Part shown: in pieces, positions 27,507 to 36,834 of the stretch
Layout of the letters: every line of letters starts with the position of its first letter
How positions within the stretch are numbered: position 1 is the stretch's first letter
Assembly: GCA_964358315.1 (NCBI GenBank)
Contig: CAYHOF010000005.1
Coordinates: 19,354 to 83,353, forward strand
Reading direction: 5' to 3'
Length of the DNA stretch: 64,000 nt
Source of the DNA: an uncultured Methanosarcinales archaeon
GTDB lineage: Archaea; Nanobdellota; Nanobdellia; Woesearchaeales; ARS49
The notes under the pieces: model-generated
Databases searched by the model: none
Told to the model about the DNA's origin: nothing
The model's input: the letters and a program-made list of their open reading frames with translations, nothing else
Program-made: the position numbers and the translations under genes

Positions 27507-28790
27507 TCAGTGCAATTGGTTCATGATCAGTTGCAGGTGCGCCTCGCTTGGCGCGCGTGAATAGAGCGATGCGAGCTCGCGGAATTTTCTCGGCTCGACC
27601 ACCATGCCTTTCTCTTCGAGGATGGGCGCGATCGCGCCGATGTACTGGCAGCATTGCGTCACGTTGTGCGGGCGGCTCGTGTGGTGTGCGCGTTCGAAAT
27701 CAAGCAACACGGTCTTTTTCCCGACGATGATGTGCTTGTGCGGGTGATGCATCTCCTCTTTTTGCAGGTTGAGCTGGTCGAGGATGAAACACTGTCGCAG
27801 GACGTCGCGCAGCACGTCGATCGCTTTTTTCTTCGACGCATCCGGCAACCATTCCTTGATCGGCCGTCCTTTTGCGAACTCATAGCACACGAGATTCTCC
27901 GTCGAGAAAAGGAATCTCGGACCGATGTCCTTCTTGTTGACGAGTTTCAGGATGCGCGCTTCGTTGTCAAGGCGGCCGATCGCGGCGCTTTTCGGATTGT
28001 CGATCTTCAGCACCACGTTTTTCTTGCGGCGCACGCCGGTGTGGATGAGGCCGCGTTTTCCTTTCGTGAAATAGTGGATCGACGTCACGCCGTGCTTTTG
28101 CGCGTCACGTCGGACTGCATTCGGTTTGAGCTCGTAGACGTAATACGTCTCGAACGCGATATGGTTGGTGGCGAGCAGCGTCCAGTTGAGCAATGCGTGG
28201 TCGATGAGTTGGTGGACCATGTCTTTTTTTGTCAGCGACGTGAAGAGGAGCAAGATGCTTCCGTTGTCCGAGAGGTAGTCTGGCGCCGCGTCGAGGAAGC
28301 ACGCGATCGTTTCCCATCCTTCCTTGCCGCCGATGGTGGCAGGATCATCCGGGAAATCATCTCGTGGCAAGTAGGGCGGATTGAAGAGGATGGTGTCGAA
28401 CGTTTTTCGCGGGACCTTGGTGAAGAGGTCGGAGATGATGAATGTCGCGCCAGGGACTGTTTTCTTGCAGTGCTTGATCGCTGCAGCATTCACGTCAACG
28501 CCCAGGACGCTCGTGACCTTCTTGTTCTTCAATGCTGTTGCGCTCTGGATGCCTGACCCGCAGCCCATGTCAAGAACGCGTCCTTTGGCATGGTCGCGGA
28601 CAACGGACGCGAGCAGAAGTGAGTCTTCGAGCGGCGGGTAGATTCCGGCAGGGATCATGAGCGTGCAGACGCATTCCTTGTTTATAAAGAAACGCCTGTC
28701 ATTGCCGTTTTTTTCATCCCAATCCCGACGTTGTGGTGTTTTGGGTCCCCCGTCAGCCGTTTCTCGACGAGAATGTATTCTATAGGACAC
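27507..28790 (-). CDS. HemK/Mtq2-like NPPY methyltransferase fused to a Bud32/RIO-like atypical kinase domain
   Basis: MTase motif I VLDMGCGSGI and motif IV ILFNPPYL. C-terminal VVLKIDNP...NEARIL...HHPHKHIIVGKKTVLLDFERA resembles small atypical kinases. Confidence 0.55.
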   Translation of the reverse strand: MSYRIHSRRETADGGPKTPQRRDWDEKNGNDRRFFINKECVCTLMIPAGIYPPLEDSLLLASVVRDHAKGRVLDMGCGSGIQSATALKNKKVTSVLGVDVNAAAIKHCKKTVPGATFIISDLFTKVPRKTFDTILFNPPYLPRDDFPDDPATIGGKEGWETIACFLDAAPDYLSDNGSILLLFTSLTKKDMVHQLIDHALLNWTLLATNHIAFETYYVYELKPNAVRRDAQKHGVTSIHYFTKGKRGLIHTGVRRKKNVVLKIDNPKSAAIGRLDNEARILKLVNKKDIGPRFLFSTENLVCYEFAKGRPIKEWLPDASKKKAIDVLRDVLRQCFILDQLNLQKEEMHHPHKHIIVGKKTVLLDFERAHHTSRPHNVTQCCQYIGAIAPILEEKGMVVEPRKFRELASLYSRAPSEAHLQLIMNQLH

Positions 28791-28856
28791 AAATCCTTAT
28801 ATATTTATCATGTGCTACTAATATACATAAAAGTATACCAGAAGCCCCATCTTCAT

Positions 28857-28995
28857 GATGCCTAAATCCGCGAAAGCGGTTGGGCGCACGAAAACACTGT
28901 TTTCGTCGTGCCTAAGCTGACCGGGCTTGCGGCGCGGGAAAGAGAGGTGGTCGCGGAAATGGCTTCCGCGACAATGAGACAACGACCAACCCACG
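28857..28995. ncRNA. candidate structured small RNA (GC-rich hairpin cluster in AT-rich spacer)
   Basis: Three strong adjacent hairpins: ccgc-GAAA-gcgg, gcacgaaaaca-ctg-tgttttcgtcgtgc, and gtcgcgga-aatggct-tccgcgac. AUGAUG and CUGA box-like elements are present. It is not assignable to RNase P or SRP RNA. Confidence 0.3.
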
Positions 28996-29066
28996 CCCGG
29001 CAGCTCCATTTATAGACATTCTCCATCATGAAGTAGTGAAGTTCACAATATTTAAGAGCTAGTTCG

Positions 29067-29552
29067 GTGGGAGCCAGCATCATGCCAAAGCACGTCATCA
29101 TCGACATAAAGGAATGTGTTCCTCTTCTTATGGTCGCGGACCGTTATGATCACATCGATATCCTGCGCTTCTCCGACAGGCTTCCGTTTGCGCAAGTCTG
29201 CCGCTATCTGACAAACAACAGTCTTACGCCGTATCTCACTGGCAGCGCCGTGACCCTTGCGTTGCAGGGGCGCGCGGGCCACTACGACGATATCGACATC
29301 CTTGCGGTCGGACGCCAGGAGAGCGTTTTCGGTGTCGTTCAGCGTCTGGAGCAGTTATCCAAACAGTGCGTCAAGAAAAACGTGACGCTTGAGGAAGAAG
29401 GCAGCCTGTTCACGGTCACATCTGAAAAGAAACTTCGGTATTTGCACGCAGAAATGAACGCCCGTTATACGCTCCAGCCGGTGAGGCGTGCCACGCACGC
29501 GATAGACCTTAGCTTGATTGTCGATAGCGCCTTCGAGAAATTGGTCCGTTGA
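29067..29552 (+). CDS. nucleotidyltransferase-domain protein (MNT-like)
   Basis: GSAVTLALQGRAGHYDDIDILAV matches the GS...DxD nucleotidyltransferase core. Confidence 0.5.
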   Translation: MGASIMPKHVIIDIKECVPLLMVADRYDHIDILRFSDRLPFAQVCRYLTNNSLTPYLTGSAVTLALQGRAGHYDDIDILAVGRQESVFGVVQRLEQLSKQCVKKNVTLEEEGSLFTVTSEKKLRYLHAEMNARYTLQPVRRATHAIDLSLIVDSAFEKLVR

Positions 29553-29553
29553 T

Positions 29554-29802
29554 CTAGAACCGCAGGTTTTCTGGCATGAGGCCCATGCACTTGGTGTCTT
29601 TGTGGCCGCATTGTTCGCAGACGAAGTTGACGAACTTGGAATTGCCGCTGATCGAGCCGAAGCTCTTGCGCATCTTCATCGAACACTTGGGGCACTTGCC
29701 CTCGTCTGTTGCCTCTTTCATGTCGCTGATTATCCATCTGCTTCTATTTAAGGATTTGGATGCCCAGAAGCCGACATGCTCGTGCCGTTCACCGTCATCC
29801 AC
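29554..29802 (-). CDS. small zinc-ribbon protein
   Basis: CPKCSMK...CEQCGHK. Confidence 0.4.
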   Translation of the reverse strand: MDDGERHEHVGFWASKSLNRSRWIISDMKEATDEGKCPKCSMKMRKSFGSISGNSKFVNFVCEQCGHKDTKCMGLMPENLRF

Positions 29803-29821
29803 AAGCTTTTAGAACCCGTGC

Positions 29822-30790
29822 TTGTGCCATGGCTGCATGGCGGGCAACGGTTATTGTCTCATCGCGGACCCGGAGAGCAACGCGTGGCAGTACGCTGTTG
29901 ATATCCACGAGAAACTCAAGGAGCGCAGCAAGCGATTCCAGCTGGGCAGAATCGACATCAAACGCTTCCGGGACGGCGAAATCAAGCCGAAGATCGGACG
30001 CAACGTGCGCAAGAAGGACTGCTTCTTCATCCATGACTCGAGCAAGAGGCCGGCGGACTGGTTCCTCGAACTCGCGCTCATCAACCACACTTTGAAGAAT
30101 TCATCCGCGAACGAAGTCGTCGACGTGCTTCCATATATACGGTTCATGCGGCAGGACCGCAAGGATGAGTCGCGCGTGCCATTGAGCTCGCGTGTGGTGG
30201 CAGATAGCATCGGGAACTATGCGGATCGCGTCCTCACCATCGACATGCACAATCCTTCGACGCAAGGATGTTATGGCATCCCCGTGGATAATCTGCATTC
30301 GTTCCCTACTGTCGTGGCATACTTGAAGAGAAAGCAGCCAACGTTGCTTGAGAACATGGTCGTCATGAGCACGGATGCGGGCGGCGCGGCGCGCGCGACC
30401 GCGTTCGCGAAAAGGATCGGCCACGAGGACATCGCCATCGGGGTCAAGAAGCGTCCTGCGGCAGGCGAAGTCGGCAGTGTGAAGGTCATCGGTGACGTCG
30501 CAGGGCGGGACGTCTTCATCATCGACGACATCATTGATTCAGGCAACACGCTCGTGACAGCGGCGAACGCAGCACGGGCCGCGGGCGCAAAGAAGGTCTA
30601 TGTCTACTGCACGCACGGATTGTTCACAGAAGGCACAGAGAAGATCACGAAAGCGTGCGATGCCATCTTTGTCGGCGACACGATCAAGCAGACGCAGCCA
30701 GGCGTCAATGCCATCTCGTTCGTTCCGCTGTTCGCGGAGGCGATCTACCGCGTGAGCAGCGGACCGAGCCTGAGTGCGCTGTTCAAATAG
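29822..30790 (+). CDS. prs: ribose-phosphate pyrophosphokinase
   Basis: PRPP-binding loop VFIIDDIIDSGNTL and characteristic Prs architecture. Confidence 0.85.
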   Translation: MCHGCMAGNGYCLIADPESNAWQYAVDIHEKLKERSKRFQLGRIDIKRFRDGEIKPKIGRNVRKKDCFFIHDSSKRPADWFLELALINHTLKNSSANEVVDVLPYIRFMRQDRKDESRVPLSSRVVADSIGNYADRVLTIDMHNPSTQGCYGIPVDNLHSFPTVVAYLKRKQPTLLENMVVMSTDAGGAARATAFAKRIGHEDIAIGVKKRPAAGEVGSVKVIGDVAGRDVFIIDDIIDSGNTLVTAANAARAAGAKKVYVYCTHGLFTEGTEKITKACDAIFVGDTIKQTQPGVNAISFVPLFAEAIYRVSSGPSLSALFK

Positions 30791-31064
30791 TGTCTGTACG
30801 TGCGGAATGTTTAAATATTTAGGTTGACTCAGGGAGCCTTACGTTTTTGGGGAGGTGCGGTATGGACGGCATGAAGCGCGCGGCACTCATAGAGGAGATC
30901 ACGCATTCGTTGATGAAGAAGAACATCAGGTCGGACATAGCGGAAGAGATGGCGCGCCACTGGGTCATGATGGCGTAGCAGAGGTGTATGGCATGGCAGA
31001 AGACGAAACAGAGGACGTGGATTTCGACGATTTCGAGGAAGAGTTCGGCGACTGATCCGCCTGG

Positions 31065-32111
31065 TTGGTAATTACTTTGGATGATGACACAAGTCAGGGG
31101 AATCAGGCACTCGAAGAATTCTTGGTCGACACTACTCTGACGATCAAGGTGCTTGGCGCAGGTGGCGCCGGCAACAACACGCTCGACACGCTCGCGCAGA
31201 CAGGCGTGCGCGGCGCGCAGCTCATCGCGCTCAACACGGACGCGCAGGACTTGCTCGACACCGAAGCAGATGGTAAGATCCTGCTCGGCAAGCACTCGAC
31301 GCGCGGCATGGGCGCCGGCAACAACCCGCAGGTCGGCGAGTCCGCCGCACGCGAGGCGCACGAGGCCATCCGGCAGGCTGTCGACGGTTCTGACCTCGTC
31401 TTTGTCGTCGGCGGGCTTGGCGGCGGCACGGGGACAGGGAGTTTGCCGGTCATCGCCGAGATCTCGAAGGGACAAGGCGTGCTCACTGTGGCCATTTGTT
31501 CCCTGCCGTTCCAGATGGAGGGCCGCCGACGCTGGGAGAACGCCATGGGTGGCTTGCGCAAGCTCGAAGGCCATGTCGACGCGCTCATCCTTCTTCCGAA
31601 CGAGAAATTGATGAAGCACGCGCAGAACATGCCCTTGCAAACGGCTTTCAAGCTCTCGGACACGGTCGCTGCCGAGGCGCTCAAAGGCATCATCGAGCTC
31701 GTCACGAAGCCCGGCATCGTCAACCTCGACTTTTCCGACCTCAAGGCGGTGCTCAAGGACAGCGGCATCGCGGTCATCGGCATGGGCGAGAGCGATACGC
31801 AGCAGCGCGCGACCGAAGCGGTGCAGCGCGCCATGAGCAACCCGCTCATCGAGGCGAACCTGCGCGGCGCGAGCGGCGCGCTCATCAACGTCATGGGCGG
31901 CACCGACATGACGCTCTCGCAGGCGCAGGCAGTCATTGAGGAGGTCAAGAAGTCGCTCACCGAAGACGCACGCCTCATCTGGGGCACGCAGCTCGACGAG
32001 TCGATGAAAGGGAAGATAAAAGTCCTGGTCGTCATCACCGGCCTCTCGAGCAAGGCCATGCTCGACAGCCAGGCAGAAGACGGCTACCTGCACGTCGACG
32101 AACTCATCTGA
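31065..32111 (+). CDS. ftsZ: cell division protein FtsZ
   Basis: IKVLGAGGAGNN and the tubulin signature GGLGGGTGTGS. Confidence 0.9.
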   Translation: MVITLDDDTSQGNQALEEFLVDTTLTIKVLGAGGAGNNTLDTLAQTGVRGAQLIALNTDAQDLLDTEADGKILLGKHSTRGMGAGNNPQVGESAAREAHEAIRQAVDGSDLVFVVGGLGGGTGTGSLPVIAEISKGQGVLTVAICSLPFQMEGRRRWENAMGGLRKLEGHVDALILLPNEKLMKHAQNMPLQTAFKLSDTVAAEALKGIIELVTKPGIVNLDFSDLKAVLKDSGIAVIGMGESDTQQRATEAVQRAMSNPLIEANLRGASGALINVMGGTDMTLSQAQAVIEEVKKSLTEDARLIWGTQLDESMKGKIKVLVVITGLSSKAMLDSQAEDGYLHVDELI

Positions 32112-32834
32112 TCATTCTTTCGCGTTCTTCCACAAGAGGTCGAAGAAGTTCCTGTACCCGCTCGCCATGTCCTTGTTGCGGATCACGATCGCGGTCGGCT
32201 CCTCTGTCCAGAGGATGAGCGCGACGTTGTCGCCATAGACGTTGATCGCCGCCGGGCCCATGTATTGCTTGGGTAGGAAGCGGATCTTTGCGAGCGGGAT
32301 CCTGGGCAGTGTCTCGCGTGACGCGTCCTCGAAGATGAGCCGCACCGGCACGTTTGCTTTCTTGCGTCGCTCGTCGAACCATTTGAAGTACCACTTCAGC
32401 GACGCGTATGAAACGATCCCGCTGCTGACGATGAGGATCTCTTTCTTGGTGCGTAGCTGGTCTTCGAACACCGTCTTGAGGCCGCGCTTGCCTTCATACA
32501 GCACGGTGTCCTCTTTGCGCGTGGCGCTGCTCCAGCGCGCGTCGAGCTGCGCGACGATGTCAGTCATGCGCGCCCTACGCTCGTCCATGAGTTCGAGGAA
32601 GCGTGATGGTCTGGCTGCCTCAAAGAGCTTGCGGTTGTTGCGCGTGATCGAGCCGACAAGGCCTTTCGCGATGAGGCGGTCGATCGCGTCGTACGCGAGC
32701 CTGCGATGCACCCCTGCACGGCGTGACAATTCTCCTGCCGCGCTCGAGCCTCCTTCGACAAGAGCAAGATAGACCTTTGCCTCGATGGGCGTGAGGCCGG
32801 CGCTTTCGAGCGCTCCAAGAAGCTTCGGTTCCAT
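32112..32834 (-). CDS. TrmB-family transcriptional regulator
   Basis: N-terminal wHTH LTPIEAKVYLALVEGGSSAAGELSRRAGVHRRLAYDAIDRLIAKGLV is typical of TrmB. C-terminal TrmB-like domain. Confidence 0.75.
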   Translation of the reverse strand: MEPKLLGALESAGLTPIEAKVYLALVEGGSSAAGELSRRAGVHRRLAYDAIDRLIAKGLVGSITRNNRKLFEAARPSRFLELMDERRARMTDIVAQLDARWSSATRKEDTVLYEGKRGLKTVFEDQLRTKKEILIVSSGIVSYASLKWYFKWFDERRKKANVPVRLIFEDASRETLPRIPLAKIRFLPKQYMGPAAINVYGDNVALILWTEEPTAIVIRNKDMASGYRNFFDLLWKNAKE

Positions 32835-32935
32835 GCCTTCGTACGAGCGTGCGGATACTATTTAGGTATTGTGGTGACACACGCCATCACAAAAACACCG
32901 GAAGATTAATATAGTTACAGCATATAACTATAGCT

Positions 32936-33151
32936 ATGGCAACAACTGTTCAAGTGTCTGAGTCAACAAAAAATATGCTCGATCTTGTGAAAGACGAGCG
33001 ACATCTGGCTACCTATGACCAGGTTATCAAGGAGCTGGCACAGCAGATGCTTGACGTCCCCACGTCGATGTTCGGTGCAGGTAGGGCAAAAGGGATTCGG
33101 TGGAAAAAAGAGTACAGGATGGACTTCGATGAACATCAAATACGTCGTTGA
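32936..33151 (+). CDS. vapB: VapB-like antitoxin
   Basis: Small protein that overlaps the PIN-domain gene's start. Confidence 0.55.
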   Translation: MATTVQVSESTKNMLDLVKDERHLATYDQVIKELAQQMLDVPTSMFGAGRAKGIRWKKEYRMDFDEHQIRR

Positions 33152-33515
33152 GACCTCGGCGTGGCTCGAATACTACTTCGGTGCTAATGCTCAGCTCAAA
33201 GAGCTGATTGAGAACAACGACGTGGCAACGACGGTCATAACGATAGGCGAAATCGTTGATGTTTTTTCACGAGAAAAGGCCGATCCGAAGGAGTTTCTTA
33301 GATTCATCAAGAGCATAGCATATCCACTTCCGTTGACGATCCAGTCAGCAACGGCAGGAGCCGAGATAAAAACGCAACGCCGACCCAAACATCATAAATT
33401 CAGTCTCGCCGATGGGTTTCACCTTGCCATCGCCAGAGAGCGGAAGGCAGTGCTGGTGACCTGCGATACTGATTTCGTCGGCATTGATGATGTTATGCTC
33501 TTCACGAAGAATTGA
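33129..33515 (+). CDS. vapC: PIN-domain toxin VapC
   Basis: YVVETSAWLEYY...ITIGEI...LADGFHLAIA...VTCDTDF gives the four acidic PIN residues in order. Confidence 0.7.
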   Translation: MNIKYVVETSAWLEYYFGANAQLKELIENNDVATTVITIGEIVDVFSREKADPKEFLRFIKSIAYPLPLTIQSATAGAEIKTQRRPKHHKFSLADGFHLAIARERKAVLVTCDTDFVGIDDVMLFTKN

Positions 33516-33519
33516 AAAT

Positions 33520-34812
33520 TCAATCCACGATCGTCCCGTACCCGATGAGGCGCCAGCGTTTGCCGACGTTGCGTGAGATGGTGACGCGCGAGCCCACTGC
33601 TGCGCACACGGGTCGTTTGAGCTGGCTTTTCACGACGCCTTTGCCTGTCTCGCTGACAAGGCCCACCGTGGCCGCGCTGTTGACGTTGAGCATGAGGAAT
33701 TCTCCCTTGTAGATGGGGTCGACGACGAGGCTGTCCTTGGCGCCGACGACACGTTCCAAAAGATGCGGTTCGAGTGCGAGCGTGGACCACACGGGCGGCA
33801 TCTTGCCAGGGATGCCGATGACCGCGCCCACAAGCTTGTCGCTCTTGACGTAGGACGGGTCGAGTTCGGTCATCATTGCGATGCTGCCGCCAGGATGCGC
33901 GGTCTGCACTGATTTGCCGCCTGCCATGATGCTGACGATCTTGCTTGAGAGCGGCTTCCAGACTTTCTGGTTGCGCTCTTCCACTTCGTAGCCTGGCACG
34001 AGCTCGACCGTCATGCCTGTTTCGAACATGCCTTGCTTGACCGCGCCGCCAAGGACGCCACCGACCATCTTGTCGGGCGTCGCGCCTGGCTTGTTGACGT
34101 CGAAACTGCGCGCGACGAACATGAGTGGTTCCTTGTCCGGATCGCGGTGCGGCGTGGGTATGAACGTCTGGACTGCCTCGAGCAACAGGTCGATGTTGAG
34201 CTGGTGCCTCGCCGAGATCGGGATGATGGGTGCGTTCTCGAACGCGGTGCCGCTCAGGAATGCCTTGATCTGGTCATGGCTCTTCTTTGCCTGGTCGGCG
34301 CTGACGAGGTCGATCTTGTTCTGCACAACGATGACGTTCGTGATGCCCATGATGGTGAGCGCTTGTACGTGCTCGCGGGTCTGCGGTTGCGGGCATTCAT
34401 CGTTGGCCGCGACGAGCAGCAGCGCGCCGTCCATGATGTTGGCGCCTGAGAGCATGGTCGCCATGAGGCTTTCGTGGCCTGGCGCGTCCACGAGCGAGAC
34501 TTTGCGCACGATCTCGTTGGGCTTGCCTTCCGCTTCTTTTTGGAGCGTGTACTGTTCGGCGCCGCTCTTGCCCGGGATTTTGTAGATGTCGATGTCGGCA
34601 TAGCCGAGCTTGATCGTGATGCCGCGCTTGAGCGATTCAGAATGCGTGTCCGTCCACTTGCCGCTCAGCGCTTGCACGAGGGTGGTCTTGCCATGGTCGA
34701 CATGGCCCACCATGCCCACGCTCACTTCAGGCTGGCCGCAGGGCTCGTGCTTTGCCTCTGCTTTGTGGGCTGGTTTCTTCTCGGCAGGCGCATCCGCCTT
34801 CTTTTTAGCCAT
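33520..34812 (-). CDS. translation initiation factor 2 subunit gamma (aIF2-gamma)
   Basis: GHVDHGKTTL G1, DAPGHE G3, NKIDL G4, and a zinc-knuckle region. N-terminal Lys-rich extension. Confidence 0.9.
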   Translation of the reverse strand: MAKKKADAPAEKKPAHKAEAKHEPCGQPEVSVGMVGHVDHGKTTLVQALSGKWTDTHSESLKRGITIKLGYADIDIYKIPGKSGAEQYTLQKEAEGKPNEIVRKVSLVDAPGHESLMATMLSGANIMDGALLLVAANDECPQPQTREHVQALTIMGITNVIVVQNKIDLVSADQAKKSHDQIKAFLSGTAFENAPIIPISARHQLNIDLLLEAVQTFIPTPHRDPDKEPLMFVARSFDVNKPGATPDKMVGGVLGGAVKQGMFETGMTVELVPGYEVEERNQKVWKPLSSKIVSIMAGGKSVQTAHPGGSIAMMTELDPSYVKSDKLVGAVIGIPGKMPPVWSTLALEPHLLERVVGAKDSLVVDPIYKGEFLMLNVNSAATVGLVSETGKGVVKSQLKRPVCAAVGSRVTISRNVGKRWRLIGYGTIVD

Positions 34813-34831
34813 ACGACGACGGCAGAACAGG

Positions 34832-35533
34832 TTATTTATAAATGTTCAGTAGGTTCGTGAACCAGTACAGGACGCGCGTGTACAGTGGTTTTGGCGTTTC
34901 CACCTTCACGGCAGGTATGATATGGGTTGCTGCTGCCATGGCTGGCGGCGCGACTGCAGGCAACAGTTGTGTCTTTGCACTGGTTGAGATCATCGGAACC
35001 GCGTGCTCAAGGGAGGGGACATCGAAGTCAACGTCGGACGAAGAGACGGATGCTTCCAGCGGCGTGGGTGCGTTGATGCTCGCATCAGGCCGGCGGAACG
35101 CGATGTAACGCGTGTCGTTCCCATAGTCGAGCCGACACACTCGCCGGGCAGCCACGAGGTCCTCGAGCGCTTGGTGCACCACATCTTCTTGTAGCCGCGT
35201 CTTGAGCGCGATGTAGGATGCAGTGAAGAATCCGTGGTGTTGCAAGAGGTCCTGGATGAGGCGATTTTGGGGCGGTCCGTCTTGGTCGTTGTAACGTTGG
35301 GACCACACGTCGTTGACCCACAAAAACGACGCGTCCCAGGACGCCAACTGTTGCAGACTGATCTTCCCGCGCACGTAGCCCGCGACAGCATAGACGTCCT
35401 GCGGCTCCTCCGGACTCCATCGCACCATGTACTTGCGCACCGTGTCGCAGAGCGTCATCCGGTCCGTCCCCATGGACGTGTCATACGCATGCATCGTTAA
35501 TATAGTTTGTCGTCTCTGCGTGATACGCAACAA
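34832..35533 (-). CDS. hypothetical protein
   Basis: ORF only. Confidence 0.4.
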   Translation of the reverse strand: MLRITQRRQTILTMHAYDTSMGTDRMTLCDTVRKYMVRWSPEEPQDVYAVAGYVRGKISLQQLASWDASFLWVNDVWSQRYNDQDGPPQNRLIQDLLQHHGFFTASYIALKTRLQEDVVHQALEDLVAARRVCRLDYGNDTRYIAFRRPDASINAPTPLEASVSSSDVDFDVPSLEHAVPMISTSAKTQLLPAVAPPAMAAATHIIPAVKVETPKPLYTRVLYWFTNLLNIYK

Positions 35534-35562
35534 ATCTTTTAAGACAGGGAGAAGATGGTTCT

Positions 35563-35799
35563 ATGATGCGACAAGCGGAAAGCGCTCCTACCTACATCAT
35601 CGTCGCGCTGGTGTTGTTCATACTCGGCGCCATCCACCTGTTCGGGATCTATCCGCTCAACACGGACAAGTTCAGCTTTTTCCTTGTGAGCCTCTTCGTC
35701 GCCGTGATGCTGATGCCGCTGCTCAAGCACCTCAAGTTCTTCGACCTCATCGAGCTGCGCAGGGAATACAAGCAGATGCAGAAGATGCTGCGGCGCTAG
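35563..35799 (+). CDS. small membrane protein
   Basis: Two hydrophobic helices and a basic C-terminus. Confidence 0.4.
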   Translation: MMRQAESAPTYIIVALVLFILGAIHLFGIYPLNTDKFSFFLVSLFVAVMLMPLLKHLKFFDLIELRREYKQMQKMLRR

Positions 35800-35802
35800 C
35801 GT

Positions 35803-36681
35803 CTACAGAAGGCGCTTGAACGCTGTCGCGATCGCGTCATGCGCGCGGCATGGTTTTCGTCCGAGTTCAGCGATGGTCGCGGCCACGTTGGCGCGCAGCG
35901 CCTTGCGCTCGGGATGGTTCAATGCTTGTTCGTTCAATGCCGTAACGAGCTCTTGCGCTTCCTTGACGAATCCTTCCCCCTCGTATGCCTCGATGAATGT
36001 GTGGCCGGGGACGACGGCAGAATATTTGGAGAAACTCAGGTGCTTGTTGACGCCGCCACTCACGTCGCCGAATGCGTCGACGCTGCGGATGAGCGTGTTT
36101 CGTTCGAGTGCTGCTTCGATGACGCTGGCGTCTACGCTCGACGTTTTGTAGAGGAGATTGCCGTGCTGGTGGGCGAGGCCGATGCGCGTGTGCAAGAACG
36201 GATCAAGCCAGGGGTGTTCGGGGTCGAATGTGTGCACGAGGATGAACGTGCCGTTGTTGATGTGGCGGTACGCGGCAGGCATGCCATCAAAGGCGACCTG
36301 GTCGACCATGATGACGCCGATGCTTCTGTCCTTCTTGATGGCTGCCTCTTCGATGATCTCGTAGCCGTCTTGGTCCGTGGTGCGCACCGCGCAGTCCTTA
36401 TACTGGACGGTCTTCACGTCCTTCGCGTCGAACGCCATGTCGGCGAGCACGTAGGTGGATGCATCGACGAGCGGCAACATGTGCCGCACGCTGTTAATGG
36501 ATGGTCCGCTACCGATGTAGAGCGCGCTGGCTGCGGGCGGCAGTATGATTGCGGGTTTGCGGGCGCAGAGCGTCTTGAGCTTGAATTCTAGGTCGTCGTG
36601 CGCAGGTATGGCGACCATGGGGATGTGTTGTTGAGGCGGAACAGGGTTGTTCTCGTGTTCTTCGTTGGTGATATAGGGCAT
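35803..36681 (-). CDS. hypothetical protein
   Basis: ORF is preceded by the extended TATA motif at 36697-36711 (reverse strand), about 27 nt upstream of the ATG, which fits a leaderless promoter. Confidence 0.5.
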   Translation of the reverse strand: MPYITNEEHENNPVPPQQHIPMVAIPAHDDLEFKLKTLCARKPAIILPPAASALYIGSGPSINSVRHMLPLVDASTYVLADMAFDAKDVKTVQYKDCAVRTTDQDGYEIIEEAAIKKDRSIGVIMVDQVAFDGMPAAYRHINNGTFILVHTFDPEHPWLDPFLHTRIGLAHQHGNLLYKTSSVDASVIEAALERNTLIRSVDAFGDVSGGVNKHLSFSKYSAVVPGHTFIEAYEGEGFVKEAQELVTALNEQALNHPERKALRANVAATIAELGRKPCRAHDAIATAFKRLL

Positions 36682-36834
36682 GTTCGTTGTTCCAGACGCA
36701 CACTATATAAATGTTATCACTGCATGGTGACTTCTTGGAGGAGGGATGGTTGATTTCGGTTCGTGATTGAAGTTACCATCAACAAGTAGCTAAAATACGA
36801 AAGTTTTATTAAATGCGACACATGATTCCACGGC

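Noticed and set aside
26546-28556. Antisense ORFs 26546..27499 (minus) and 27654..28556 (plus) opposite the Nudix and MTase-kinase genes
   Set aside because: Low-complexity Arg/Glu/Leu-rich products. The sense strands carry a Nudix box and NPPY methyltransferase motifs.
28857-28995. Assignment of the hairpin island to RNase P RNA or SRP RNA
   Set aside because: It is too short (~140 nt) and lacks the conserved RNase P CR-I/CR-IV or SRP domain IV sequence motifs. It is kept only as an unclassified ncRNA candidate.
30819-32093. 424-aa minus-strand ORF opposite ftsZ, and the acidic 66-aa ORF 30855..31055 upstream of ftsZ
   Set aside because: The minus ORF is the antisense artefact of ftsZ, which has the unmistakable GGGTGTG tubulin signature. 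The small acidic ORF has alternative frames of equal plausibility and no support.
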